In this document: in pieces, positions 19,792-29,175 of the stretch
Layout of the letters: every line of letters begins with the position of its first letter
Numbering within the stretch: position 1 is the first letter of the stretch
Sequence record: MT995927.1
Strand: one strand, 5' to 3'
DNA: 64,000 nt
Notes under the pieces: model-generated
Databases searched by the model: none
What the model saw: the letters and a program-made list of their open reading frames with translations, nothing else
Told to the model about the DNA's origin: nothing
Program-made: the position numbers and the translations under genes

Positions 19792-20190
19792 ATGAAAATC
19801 TATGGTTCTTCTTTTCATGAGGTCACACTAGAATATGGAAAACCCTTTATACGCAATGGGGTTTTAAAACATTTACCTGATCTAGGTACACCAGACTTAG
19901 GATGGACTGATTTTAATATCCTTGAAATTATTCCAGGACCAGGTTATATCGATAAGAATACTCTAAACTTTTATAAAGAAAGAGATTGCTTATTTCCAGC
20001 AATCGTCAGGTTTACTGTATTTGAAGAAGAGCGTAATCGTATTATATCAACAATTAATGTTGATCTGGCGAAAAAGGAATTAGAGTGGAATAAGACTGAT
20101 CGTTTTTGGGAAATCGAAAACTTTGCAATTAGATTCCAATTAACTCAAAATCCTTATTCAGTTTTATGGGCATCCAATGGATCACTATAG
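19792..20190 (+). CDS. hypothetical protein
   Basis: 132 aa. Confidence 0.7.
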   Translation: MKIYGSSFHEVTLEYGKPFIRNGVLKHLPDLGTPDLGWTDFNILEIIPGPGYIDKNTLNFYKERDCLFPAIVRFTVFEEERNRIISTINVDLAKKELEWNKTDRFWEIENFAIRFQLTQNPYSVLWASNGSL

Positions 20191-20611
20191 GTGTCATATG
20201 CTTACAATGGTTCCGTTATACCCTGGTGTGAGAGGATATCTTGAAGACTCGGTATTTTCAAAGAATGGGATTAATGATATTGGTTATCATAAATGGCTAT
20301 CCCCTAAACGAGTGGTAGGTCCAGATGGACTAATCATTAGTGAGGTAAAGATAACTCCACGTATAGCCAGAATGGAAGGCGAAGTAATTCTTAAAGTATG
20401 GGATAAATGGCGAAGAGCCCAGCCTAAGCTAGTTGCTACTGTGTATATTGATCCTAAAGATAATTCATACAGGGTAGAAGTAGAGCCTTTTTATGCATGT
20501 CGTCGGATATTACTTGAAGTGGATTTATGGGCTCAAGTAATACCTGGTGACCGTGCACCATTTGTAAATGACTCTGTAGATGGTACATGGGCATCAAGAG
20601 ATATTATTTAA
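20177..20611 (+). CDS. hypothetical protein
   Basis: 144 aa. Confidence 0.7.
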   Translation: MDHYRCHMLTMVPLYPGVRGYLEDSVFSKNGINDIGYHKWLSPKRVVGPDGLIISEVKITPRIARMEGEVILKVWDKWRRAQPKLVATVYIDPKDNSYRVEVEPFYACRRILLEVDLWAQVIPGDRAPFVNDSVDGTWASRDII

Positions 20612-20907
20612 TGCTTATACCAATTAAACTTCGTAAGACATTTAAAAGACTGGGCAAAAGACATTCTAAAAGAGTGTTGGCTGCCCAGTCATCTTTTCTG
20701 CCGTTTGGTGAATTAACGTTGAGGAAGCAAAGAATGCCTAAGAAAAATAAAGAATATATTCTTGATGTTATTGATACTAATACTAAAGAACTACAGGCAC
20801 AGATTAATACGTTAAGTGAACTTGTATGTGAGCAACAGAAACAAATTAGTTTACTAAACAGAACACTAGTTGAGTTACAAGATAATTTGAAAAAAGATAG
20901 GGATTAA
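20587..20907 (+). CDS. hypothetical coiled-coil protein
   Basis: 106 aa, C-terminal heptads. Confidence 0.65.
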   Translation: MGIKRYYLMLIPIKLRKTFKRLGKRHSKRVLAAQSSFLPFGELTLRKQRMPKKNKEYILDVIDTNTKELQAQINTLSELVCEQQKQISLLNRTLVELQDNLKKDRD

Positions 20908-20909
20908 AA

Positions 20910-21239
20910 ATGAATGTAGATTATGTGTACCTACTTTTGACCTTATTCTGGATAGTTGTTTTATTTTCATTTAGCTATGTATCTCAACGTTATAAACGAA
21001 TTAAAGAAAAACGAAGAGCTGATTTTCTAGTTAAAAGAAAATTAGTATATAATTATTTCAAAGTAACAGATCCTTCTGAATTAACTAATGATTCTATAGA
21101 AAGTATCATACTTAAATTAATTGGTGATAATTATAGAAAATTAACAGATATACAGAAAGTAGTAATTAGGGCAGCAGCAGCTCGTGGTTATATGAATAAC
21201 CCTAATAAACCAATTGGCAAACATTTGAAATATATGTGA
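20910..21239 (+). CDS. single-TM membrane protein
   Basis: N-terminal hydrophobic helix followed by basic residues. Confidence 0.7.
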   Translation: MNVDYVYLLLTLFWIVVLFSFSYVSQRYKRIKEKRRADFLVKRKLVYNYFKVTDPSELTNDSIESIILKLIGDNYRKLTDIQKVVIRAAAARGYMNNPNKPIGKHLKYM

Positions 21240-21249
21240 GTTATAAAAA

Positions 21250-21765
21250 ATGTCAGAAAACTGCCCGTTATATATAGCTGCTATTAAAAAAGATCTTTTA
21301 AAAACAACAGGTTTGTATAAACCTTATAGTGATTCACCAATAGCTGTGGTTAGTAATGAAACCAGTAAGTGGCATGTAATGCTAAATATGTTACGACATG
21401 GTTGGGAATGGATTGAAATACCTGATGGTGAGATTAAACAACCGGAAAGCTACCATGACTATGTTATTCTAGCATTAACCACTGTATTAACTGATACTTT
21501 AGATTATAAAAATGATCCTAACTCTGACAAATATATCAAGCAAATAATCTGTACTGATATAGCACTAAAAGTTGAATATGATAAATTAATCAATGTGTTA
21601 GAGACAAGTAACGAGTTAGATTTAGCTGATGAATACACCTTTACTAAACAAGGTAATCTCAGAGGATATTTTCATTATGATGAGTATTATGGTTTAGATG
21701 TACTGGCATGTGCATCTTATGTGATCTGTTCACATATCGAACTAACACCTAGAAATGTTAAATAA
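21250..21765 (+). CDS. hypothetical protein
   Basis: 171 aa. Confidence 0.75.
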   Translation: MSENCPLYIAAIKKDLLKTTGLYKPYSDSPIAVVSNETSKWHVMLNMLRHGWEWIEIPDGEIKQPESYHDYVILALTTVLTDTLDYKNDPNSDKYIKQIICTDIALKVEYDKLINVLETSNELDLADEYTFTKQGNLRGYFHYDEYYGLDVLACASYVICSHIELTPRNVK

Positions 21766-21777
21766 TAGGAACTACTG

Positions 21778-22377
21778 ATGAAAAAACGTACCGCTTATAT
21801 CGATCGTGCTAAATTCCGAGATTTTCTAGCCGAGAAAAAAATTAGCGTAAGTAGCCGACAGTGGATTGAAAAGAGCCATCCAGATCATAAAGAATATTAC
21901 AAGGCAATCCTAGATTACGTCGTATCTAATGTAAAATTCAAAGAAGAACGTTATATTGAAAAGGCAAATGAGGTTATTATTAATGGGTGTATTCGATATC
22001 ATCTACCCATTCACGCTCAACGTGCACTAACTGTAGTTGAAGAAGAATTCATTAATAATGCTAGTCTTCAATTTACTTATCTGAATGACAATGATACTAA
22101 TATTGCCAATATTAACTTTGAAGAAGTTCTTGATGCACAAGTAACTGAGAATGAAACTGAACTAAGACAAAGTTGGGAATATGTCAATTGTGATATCAAC
22201 CCATCAGAATACTTTATTGATGTTGTTGATGTACCAGAAGAACTAATTCTTCGTCTATCTGTATTCCGTTTTGTACACAGTATCAAGAAACTGGAAGTAA
22301 AAGATAAGTTAGATCTTGCCGATGTTGTAGGTAAAGATCTAGTTATTGAAGATGGTAACGTTAAGGTTGTAGAATGA
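21778..22377 (+). CDS. hypothetical protein
   Basis: 199 aa, AGGA SD. Confidence 0.8.
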   Translation: MKKRTAYIDRAKFRDFLAEKKISVSSRQWIEKSHPDHKEYYKAILDYVVSNVKFKEERYIEKANEVIINGCIRYHLPIHAQRALTVVEEEFINNASLQFTYLNDNDTNIANINFEEVLDAQVTENETELRQSWEYVNCDINPSEYFIDVVDVPEELILRLSVFRFVHSIKKLEVKDKLDLADVVGKDLVIEDGNVKVVE

Positions 22378-22430
22378 TTTAAGGCTATTTTAGTAGCTTT
22401 ATATTCTGATCTTAGCAACCTAGGTACAAC

Positions 22431-22799
22431 GTGATGCAATGTTTAACACACGTAATGAAGTTAGTGGCCGTATTAAGTACGTTGTTATACGTATCAAACC
22501 CACTAGCTGCATCGTTGGTAGTTGACGAGAATTACTGTAATGGTGTTGCACTTATAGCACATGCCACAGCAGAAGCACGTCAGCGTAAAACACCCATTTT
22601 ACAATGGGAAGAAAACCTACGATCCCTAAAAGGGTACGGCGTGAAGAACAAAGATAACGTTCTTTACAATGTTCTCCCAGCAGCAATTAAAGAGGTGCAC
22701 GTTGTGTATTCACGTAGACAAAGCCCACGTGATGCATACGTTACATCATTTAAAACCTGTATGGATAACAACTACGGTAAAGCTGTGGTTGTAAAATAA
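22431..22799 (+). CDS. exported two-Cys helical protein (distant member of the 36-39 kb family)
   Basis: Signal peptide ending NPLAA, ENYC near the N-end, KTC near the C-end. Confidence 0.65.
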   Translation: MMQCLTHVMKLVAVLSTLLYVSNPLAASLVVDENYCNGVALIAHATAEARQRKTPILQWEENLRSLKGYGVKNKDNVLYNVLPAAIKEVHVVYSRRQSPRDAYVTSFKTCMDNNYGKAVVVK

Positions 22800-22801
22800 A
22801 T

Positions 22802-22823
22802 ACCAGCCCTTCGGGGCTGGTTT
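22802..22823 (+). terminator. intrinsic terminator
   Basis: ACCAGCCC-TTCG-GGGCTGGT-TT. Confidence 0.85.
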
Positions 22824-22834
22824 ATTTCATCTAG

Positions 22835-23152
22835 ATGAGAATCTGTGGGTTGCAAATGTATAAAGTATTTGTTATATCAATGATAACACTAACGGCTATA
22901 TCAACATGTGTAACTTTCATTATTAATATAAAAAATCATTATATTCACTGGATGGGTGTTTATAAGGTTAGATATGTATTAGATAAAATGCCCAATGGCA
23001 TAAGTTATTTTTTCTATCAAAATGCTGTCCAAGACATTATAGATAAAGAATCATCTAAAATAACAAATCAACATATTTTTACATCTTTTATTTACGATAT
23101 CAACTCATTGATTATATTAAAATGTAATAATAGGGAAACAGCAAATGAATGA
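22835..23152 (+). CDS. single-TM protein, paralogue of 23145
   Basis: TM helix plus LDKMPNGISYFFY. Confidence 0.7.
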   Translation: MRICGLQMYKVFVISMITLTAISTCVTFIINIKNHYIHWMGVYKVRYVLDKMPNGISYFFYQNAVQDIIDKESSKITNQHIFTSFIYDINSLIILKCNNRETANE

Positions 23153-23435
23153 TATCATGACAGTAATTATAGGTATTTTGTTTCTGATTATAATGATGGC
23201 TTTAATTAACTGGGGTTATTATGCCATCAAACACACGATAAAGTGTAACAGGCTTTATAAAGAAGCACTATCAATTATTGACAATATGAGTGATGGTTTA
23301 TCTGAATACCAGTATACAGTAGCTATTGGACGTTTACGTAAAAAGGCATACTCTATCGACCATTTAACTGCTGTTAAAATGTTTGAAGCATTAGACTTAG
23401 TTATTAAAGATAAGTCAAGAAAGAAAAATAAATAA
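23145..23435 (+). CDS. single-TM protein, paralogue of 22835
   Basis: TM helix plus IDNMSDGLSEYQY. Confidence 0.75.
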   Translation: MNDIMTVIIGILFLIIMMALINWGYYAIKHTIKCNRLYKEALSIIDNMSDGLSEYQYTVAIGRLRKKAYSIDHLTAVKMFEALDLVIKDKSRKKNK

Positions 23436-23443
23436 GCATAAAT

Positions 23444-23467
23444 AGGAGAGCTATTTAGCTCTCCTTT
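23444..23467 (+). terminator. intrinsic terminator
   Basis: AGGAGAGCT-ATTT-AGCTCTCCT-TT. Confidence 0.8.
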
Positions 23468-23471
23468 ATTG

Positions 23472-23501
23472 CATTAAATTTTTTTTGAAATCTATATTAC
23501 A
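23472..23501 (+). promoter_or_regulatory. early promoter cassette, family B
   Basis: CATTAAAT8GAAATCTATATTACA, identical to 39450..39479. Confidence 0.85.
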
Positions 23502-23536
23502 TATTTGGTCAAGTCATATCAAAATAGGTAGTTATA

Positions 23537-23710
23537 ATGCTAGCATTACATTCACTACTATTATTAGTTATAGTGATTTGTTATATAATTCATAAGTGGT
23601 TGTGGTATACTTTCAATATGTTTAAACTAAAAGACATTATTAAAAATAAAGACAATTTAACTAATGATGAACTATTAAAATTACTCATTGATAAAATAAA
23701 GGCAACCTAA
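23537..23710 (+). CDS. 57 aa single-TM early micropeptide
   Basis: MLALHSLLLLVIVICYIIHKWLWY... read by hand; TAATG coupling to the next gene. Confidence 0.65.
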   Translation: MLALHSLLLLVIVICYIIHKWLWYTFNMFKLKDIIKNKDNLTNDELLKLLIDKIKAT

Positions 23711-24177
23711 TGTATCCATTCTTTACAGGTAATGAGAAAGTTACTGTAGATGTTCTTGATGATAAACATAATCTACACAGAAGCTGGACAGATTATAAAC
23801 ATCCCATCACGACGCGTGTGGATGGTAAACTAACTAATGTGTGGTATAAAGTTGAACCACCGATGAGTGCTAAGGATATTGAAAATAACTTTACAATTGA
23901 CAAAGATAAAGTTAAATTATCTAATCGTTTGCACCAGGCTTTAGATGCATCGTTGATTAAAAATGAATTAGATGAGTTTAACAAATTAATTGAGCTATGC
24001 GTAAAACATGTTAATTCAGTTAGTATTCATCTAGGCCTTACTATTTGGAAATTAGCAGATACTGTAAAATATGAAAAAGCAGATTTAAAGAAATTATTTA
24101 ATGTGCATTATACCAAATCTACTGAACTTGTAAAAGAAAAGAATATAGTGCCCTCAGTAGAAGATATCTTCCTATAA
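23710..24177 (+). CDS. hypothetical protein
   Basis: 155 aa. Confidence 0.75.
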   Translation: MYPFFTGNEKVTVDVLDDKHNLHRSWTDYKHPITTRVDGKLTNVWYKVEPPMSAKDIENNFTIDKDKVKLSNRLHQALDASLIKNELDEFNKLIELCVKHVNSVSIHLGLTIWKLADTVKYEKADLKKLFNVHYTKSTELVKEKNIVPSVEDIFL

Positions 24178-24199
24178 TTTATTTAAAGGTAATACAAAT

Positions 24200-25108
24200 A
24201 TGCTTAAGGTAAAATCATTACTCACTGGCCATATTCTTCGAGCTACCTATGATTGGTTTCTTGAAAATAACTTCAGAGATATTCTAATTGTAGCACATAC
24301 TCAATTAGTACCTGATTTATCTGAGGTAGCTCTAAAGCATGCGAAAGAAGATCACACTATCACTTTCAATATCCATCCACGCTGTGCAAAGAATTTTTAT
24401 ATCAGTGACGAATATATCTCTTTCAATGTAACAGTAAATGGAGTTGGGGTCAGTATTAAACTTCCTCTTTATGCAGTATTGGGTGTAGTTACACCTATTG
24501 ATGATAATTCTAACGCATTCTTTGAAATGCCGCTAGTAGATAGATATCTCAATGCAGATACTATTCGTGCAACATTAGAAGGAACTGTTAATAATGTAGT
24601 TGACAAAAACCCAGTATTAACTACTGTAGGTAATGTCACTGAGGTTAATTTTAAAAATAAAGCCGATACCACTAATGGTAAGTTAGTTGTAAGGAATACA
24701 TCTGAGAATGAGCATGATCAGATGATTGAAAACGCCATTAACAGAGTAACTGAATTTAGTAATCCAGAATTAGATGCACATATTAGAGTAGCGGTAACTG
24801 CAATTAAACAGAATGCACCAGAATTAATTATGGATTGGTGTGAACGGGTTATTAATTGTACACGTAATGAAAACTATCAGGATAACATCAATGTACTTAT
24901 GATGGAACTCCTCAGTTACCCTATTTCAAATGTGATTAGTGAATCAACTGTTGACTCAGGTGATGATACATCTAATTCATTTGACAATGATGTAAATAAG
25001 ATGGTTGAGGATTTCAATAATTCTTCCAATTCGCAGGTCATTATTAATAAACCTTCTCGTCCTACTGGTCCACCAAAACTCACTGTTATTAAAGGTGGTA
25101 AGAAATGA
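24200..25108 (+). CDS. sspB: SspB-like ClpXP adaptor with an inserted central domain
   Basis: LRATYDW, ITFNIHP, ISFN...LPLYAVLG match the SspB core; C-terminus PKLTVIKGGKK resembles the ClpX-binding LRVVK tail. Confidence 0.8.
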   Translation: MLKVKSLLTGHILRATYDWFLENNFRDILIVAHTQLVPDLSEVALKHAKEDHTITFNIHPRCAKNFYISDEYISFNVTVNGVGVSIKLPLYAVLGVVTPIDDNSNAFFEMPLVDRYLNADTIRATLEGTVNNVVDKNPVLTTVGNVTEVNFKNKADTTNGKLVVRNTSENEHDQMIENAINRVTEFSNPELDAHIRVAVTAIKQNAPELIMDWCERVINCTRNENYQDNINVLMMELLSYPISNVISESTVDSGDDTSNSFDNDVNKMVEDFNNSSNSQVIINKPSRPTGPPKLTVIKGGKK

Positions 25109-25362
25109 ATGTAACTTTAGCAATTCTTTTTAGTAGTATCAGTATCGCTGGTTATCAAGCCAATGGTGCATCGCAGTCAACCACTGAGTTCTCTGACATG
25201 ACTACTTGTTTTAGCGCGATTGAGCGTATTCAAAAACTAGCTAAAGCAAGTGCTATTCGTAATAATGTAGAGACTGTAAAAATCAGCGATGGTGTTCTAT
25301 TACGTTATTTTTCTTCTAGTACCAGTAAAGTAGAACATACTCTAATCTGTGTAAATAAATAG
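25105..25362 (+). CDS. small exported protein with two Cys
   Basis: Hydrophobic N-terminus, AxG/A cleavage-like site. Confidence 0.65.
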   Translation: MNVTLAILFSSISIAGYQANGASQSTTEFSDMTTCFSAIERIQKLAKASAIRNNVETVKISDGVLLRYFSSSTSKVEHTLICVNK

Positions 25363-25370
25363 GTACGGAT

Positions 25371-26078
25371 ATGTCTGAGAAAATGTATTTATCTTTTTCT
25401 GGAATTGGACACAATGACGTAATCAAACAAGATCTTAATGGATTCATTCCAATGGATGTATCAACTATTGATACTGAAGTGGCTGATCGATTATTTTATA
25501 CTCCATTCAATAGTTCTGAACCAGATACGTCATTACCTAATGTTGCTAATGTGGTATTCAAGGTATTGCCTATCCATATCGAGGATAACACTATCTGTGT
25601 TTTAGATAGTTGTTCTAGTACCGAATACTCATTGAATGACCTAGTTGATACCAGTGTCTCATCATTAGAAACATATGGACCATTATTAGATTTACGTAGT
25701 AGTGATCCAATTGAGACATATGCTAATCAGGCAGTGTATACTTGGTTAAATAAGAATATCTGTAATATCGAATTTGAAGTACATGGCGGGTTGCAAGTGC
25801 AACTAACTGCTGACCAAGTACGTTCCAATGTTAATGCATTTGTAGCAGGTATTGATCTTGACATCGACGATAAATTGATGGTATATGTGGTGATTAAAAT
25901 CAATGATCGTTTATACGATGCTTGGTCTAGTCAACATGTGGTGGAACCATTAACAATGTATCATGTGCAAGGTGGCCATGAACCTATTGTCTATAGTGAA
26001 ACCCATATTGAAAATAGCCTATTGCGATATGCCAAAGAGAAAGGTTGGGCTGAAATTTTGACTCGTATTGGTCTGTAA
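25371..26078 (+). CDS. hypothetical protein
   Basis: 235 aa, AGGT SD. Confidence 0.8.
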   Translation: MSEKMYLSFSGIGHNDVIKQDLNGFIPMDVSTIDTEVADRLFYTPFNSSEPDTSLPNVANVVFKVLPIHIEDNTICVLDSCSSTEYSLNDLVDTSVSSLETYGPLLDLRSSDPIETYANQAVYTWLNKNICNIEFEVHGGLQVQLTADQVRSNVNAFVAGIDLDIDDKLMVYVVIKINDRLYDAWSSQHVVEPLTMYHVQGGHEPIVYSETHIENSLLRYAKEKGWAEILTRIGL

Positions 26079-26142
26079 TAAAAATACTTTTAATAGATTA
26101 ATATTATAGGCAAAATACTGGCCGATTGGTTAGTTGCGCTTA

Positions 26143-26162
26143 GGGAGTCCTTCGGGACTCCC
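26143..26162 (+). terminator. UUCG hairpin upstream of the thyA operon (terminator or 5' stabiliser)
   Basis: GGGAGTCC-TTCG-GGACTCCC with no T-run. Confidence 0.55.
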
Positions 26163-26183
26163 GTATACCGTCTAGGAGGTTTT

Positions 26184-26477
26184 ATGTATACAGTTACACT
26201 TGAACAAGTAGGACACCGTATACAGTCTAGTTTAAGTGCTTTTGTAATTAGACCGTTTGAAAATACCATTACGCATAATGATACGTCTTATTACTTGATC
26301 ATGGGTAAAGATGATTTCGATAACATGCACATGGAATGGCGAGATGTAGCTGTAGTTGATAGTCAAGCCGTTATAGTTGCTACATACACTCCATCGAAAA
26401 ACTCATTTAATCTTGTAAAAAATGAATTAGGTATTCCAGTTAATATCAAATACAAACGGATAGAGGTTGATCTATGA
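26184..26477 (+). CDS. hypothetical protein
   Basis: 97 aa, AGGAGG SD. Confidence 0.8.
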   Translation: MYTVTLEQVGHRIQSSLSAFVIRPFENTITHNDTSYYLIMGKDDFDNMHMEWRDVAVVDSQAVIVATYTPSKNSFNLVKNELGIPVNIKYKRIEVDL

Positions 26478-26504
26478 TTACCAGTAAGGTTAGAGGAATG
26501 AAGT

Positions 26505-26705
26505 ATGGATCGTCTTGATGAAAGAATCGCATTCAGTGTAAAGTCGTACAAAATTTTCAATGCTCTCACCCATGGTCGAGTTCGGGCATTGATTATTAAC
26601 TTTAAAGATGGTAAGGGTACGATCGTATCTATTAGTGATGATCGCCGCCATGATAAACATCTCTGGTTCAACTGTGGACTAGTAGACAATCCGAGGATCA
26701 AGTAA
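26505..26705 (+). CDS. small hypothetical protein
   Basis: 66 aa, GAGGA SD, TAATG coupling to thyA. Confidence 0.7.
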   Translation: MDRLDERIAFSVKSYKIFNALTHGRVRALIINFKDGKGTIVSISDDRRHDKHLWFNCGLVDNPRIK

Positions 26706-27775
26706 TGGAACAATATCTTAATTCAATTCGTTTAGTTAAAGAACACGGTGTGCATAAAGGTGACCGTACTGGTACTGGTACTCAGAGCATGTTTGGTCAA
26801 CAAGAACGTTATAGTTTACGTAACAACGTTCTACCCGTAGTAACTACTAAGAAAATTCATCTTCCATCTGTTATCCATGAATTGTTCTGGATGCTTTCTG
26901 GTGATACTCGTGTAGATTATTTAATTGAAAATGGCGTACGCATTTGGAATGAATGGGTTAAACCAAATACCGCGATGTATCGTGAGTTAAATCAAGAAGA
27001 GCTTGACTCAGCTATTCTAAAGAAAGTTGGTGGTCCATTTGCTCTTTATTTCCATTCTCTAGATGATGACGTAATCATTTATACTAGAGATGATTTCGAG
27101 GTGTCTTTAAATAATGATGAGAAAGTTAGCTTTTGGAATCAATATCCAACCATTAATATCGAAGCTACCCATGTAGTTGGTGTTAACGCCGACCGCTGGA
27201 AGTTAGTATCTACTCTAGATTTCGATGAAAGTGTGACACCAGAACTAATTAAATATGAATATGGTAAACGACTATATAAATTGCTATTTGGTGTTAAGCC
27301 TCTAAAACTCATCGGGGGTGATCTAGGTGCCGTTTACGGTAAGACATGGCGTGATCTCGAAGATACCCGTGTGATCCCAAAACACGAGTGGGCTGTTTAC
27401 GAGGCACGTGGCTTTGACTTCGTAGTTGATATTCCAGGTACTTACATGGAGAATGATCGGTGTGTTGTAACACGTCGTATTGATCAAATTCAAGACGTGA
27501 TTGATCAACTTAAGACAAACCCTGATTCCCGTCGAATCATCGTTTGTGCGTGGTCACCGCAACTCGTTGATGAACAGGCGCTCCCACCATGTCATAGCTT
27601 CTTTCAGTTCTGGACTCGTGAACTGACGCTAGAAGAACGGTATGACTGGGTCAAACTTAACGACACTGAAGCTCAACGTATTTTCCTTGAAGGTGCGCAA
27701 CCGGAAACTGATCACGCACTGTGGGATAAACTTGGTGTTCCTAAACGTGCATTGAGCTGCCAGCTCTACCAGCGT
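26705..27775 (+). CDS. thyA: thymidylate synthase, exon 1
   Basis: DRTGTGT, PVVTTKK, IWNEW, GDLGAVYG, DQIQ, SRRIIVCAW, ALPPCH (catalytic Cys), LSCQLYQR. Confidence 0.95.
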
Positions 27776-28865
27776 TAAATACTAGCGCCTTCTAGGAGCA
27801 ATCCTAGTCGAATAACCTATCTAAACGGGGAAACTCTCTATGAGACAATCCCGTGCTAAATTGACTACGGTCATAAATGCCTAACGACTATCGAAACCAC
27901 TCTGAGAAGAGGAAGGGAGTAGAGTAGGACCAAGTGGTCCGAAAAGGTAGGGGTCTCTTTTTAAGAGATCGTGATATAGTCTGTCCTGCATGGAGACATG
28001 CAGCGGTTTACTTAATGACTCCGCCAGATAAGGAGGGTGTTATTAATGACGTAGCTTATGTGTATTGCCTATTCACCAAAGAAGGAAAGGTATATGTCGG
28101 AAGTGCGCGAGATTTAGTTAAGCGCGTTCAACGACATTTCAGAGACCTTAGTAATTCCAAGCACCATAACTACCCATTACAACAAGAATACGATAACGGT
28201 GAAAGATTCTCGTTAAAGTACTATCGTTGTGAAAGTCGGGAATCAGCATTTACACTCGAACAGATGTGGATAACCAAGCATGAAGAAGAAGGTAACCTTC
28301 TTAATATTGGTAGACACTCCAAGGGTGGTGATAACTTAACCAGGCATAACCTCAAAGAACAAATCATCGAGAAGCGGAGTGATACAATACGTATCAGACT
28401 TGATGAGATTGGAGCCGAGGCTCGTCAGGAAAAGTATGGTCGACCAGGTGAGCAGAATGGGATGTATGGTCGTACTCACACAGAAGAAGTTAAGGTAGCT
28501 CTATCCGAGTTACACACGGGTAACACTTACCGTCTTGGCATTAAAGCTAGTGATGAGACAAGAGCCAGGATGTCGGAGATAGCTTCTCAGAGAACAGGCG
28601 AACGTAATCCATTCTACGGTAAAACACATTCCGAAGAAACCAGAAAAAAGTTGGCGGATAACAAACGCGGTATAAAGCCAACTAACTCAAACAAACTTGA
28701 AGTGGACGGTGTTGTTTATTTATCCCAGGCCGATGCAGCTAAGGCTCTCGGAGTATCACAGGGTACAATAACATACCGAATTAACAGCAAGAATCCAAAG
28801 TATTCTGGTTATAAAGTCATTTAAGTAAACGGCTCAGGATTAACGACCCTGGGTGAACATAAGAG
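27776..28865 (+). mobile_element. group I intron (IA2, T4 td-like), 1090 nt
   Basis: Exon ends in U, intron ends in G; P1 GCGU|UA pairs with UAGCGC; td-like core CTATCTAAACGGGGAA..GACAATCCCGTGCTAAAT, AATGCCTAACGACTATC, GATATAGTCTG..CTGCATGG.GACATGCAGC, GATTAACGACC..TGAACATAAG; splicing restores YQR/SVDTFLG. Confidence 0.95.
28015..28824 (+). CDS. intron-encoded GIY-YIG homing endonuclease (I-TevI/I-BmoI-like)
   Basis: YVY..KVYVGSA.D..KR..RH, catalytic E and N positions, two NUMOD3 repeats (GMYGRTHTEE, PFYGKTHSEE), C-terminal HTH; start codon uncertain. Confidence 0.9.
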   Translation: MTPPDKEGVINDVAYVYCLFTKEGKVYVGSARDLVKRVQRHFRDLSNSKHHNYPLQQEYDNGERFSLKYYRCESRESAFTLEQMWITKHEEEGNLLNIGRHSKGGDNLTRHNLKEQIIEKRSDTIRIRLDEIGAEARQEKYGRPGEQNGMYGRTHTEEVKVALSELHTGNTYRLGIKASDETRARMSEIASQRTGERNPFYGKTHSEETRKKLADNKRGIKPTNSNKLEVDGVVYLSQADAAKALGVSQGTITYRINSKNPKYSGYKVI

Positions 28866-29168
28866 AGCGTCGATACTTTCTTAGGAAAACCCTTTAACAT
28901 CACGTTCTATAGTCTGCTTACTCATATGCTGGCTAACCAAATGAATATGATTGCTGAAGAGTTTATCTGGGCTGGTGGTGATGTACATATTTACTCTAAC
29001 CACCAAGAACAAACTGATCTTCAATTAACTCGTGAGCCAAAGGTTCTACCTATCATCCGCTTTAAAGAAGAAGCTATTGGTAAAGATATTCGGGAAATTG
29101 GTGTAGATGATTTTGTTATCGAGAACTATGAATATCATCCACACATTGCCGGTAAAGTTGCTGTTTAA
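28866..29168 (+). CDS. thyA: thymidylate synthase, exon 2
   Basis: SVDTFLGKPFNITFYSLL...GDVHIYSNH...HPHIAGKVAV; spliced product 457 aa. Confidence 0.95.
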   Translation, partial: SVDTFLGKPFNITFYSLLTHMLANQMNMIAEEFIWAGGDVHIYSNHQEQTDLQLTREPKVLPIIRFKEEAIGKDIREIGVDDFVIENYEYHPHIAGKVAV

Positions 29169-29175
29169 CATAAAC

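Noticed and set aside
26950-27320. Intein in the thyA insertion
   Set aside because: No C/S start, no HN-C/S/T end and no LAGLIDADG motifs
27934-28014. N-terminal extension of the endonuclease ORF
   Set aside because: Runs through the ribozyme core (P8/P7/P9); unlikely to be translated
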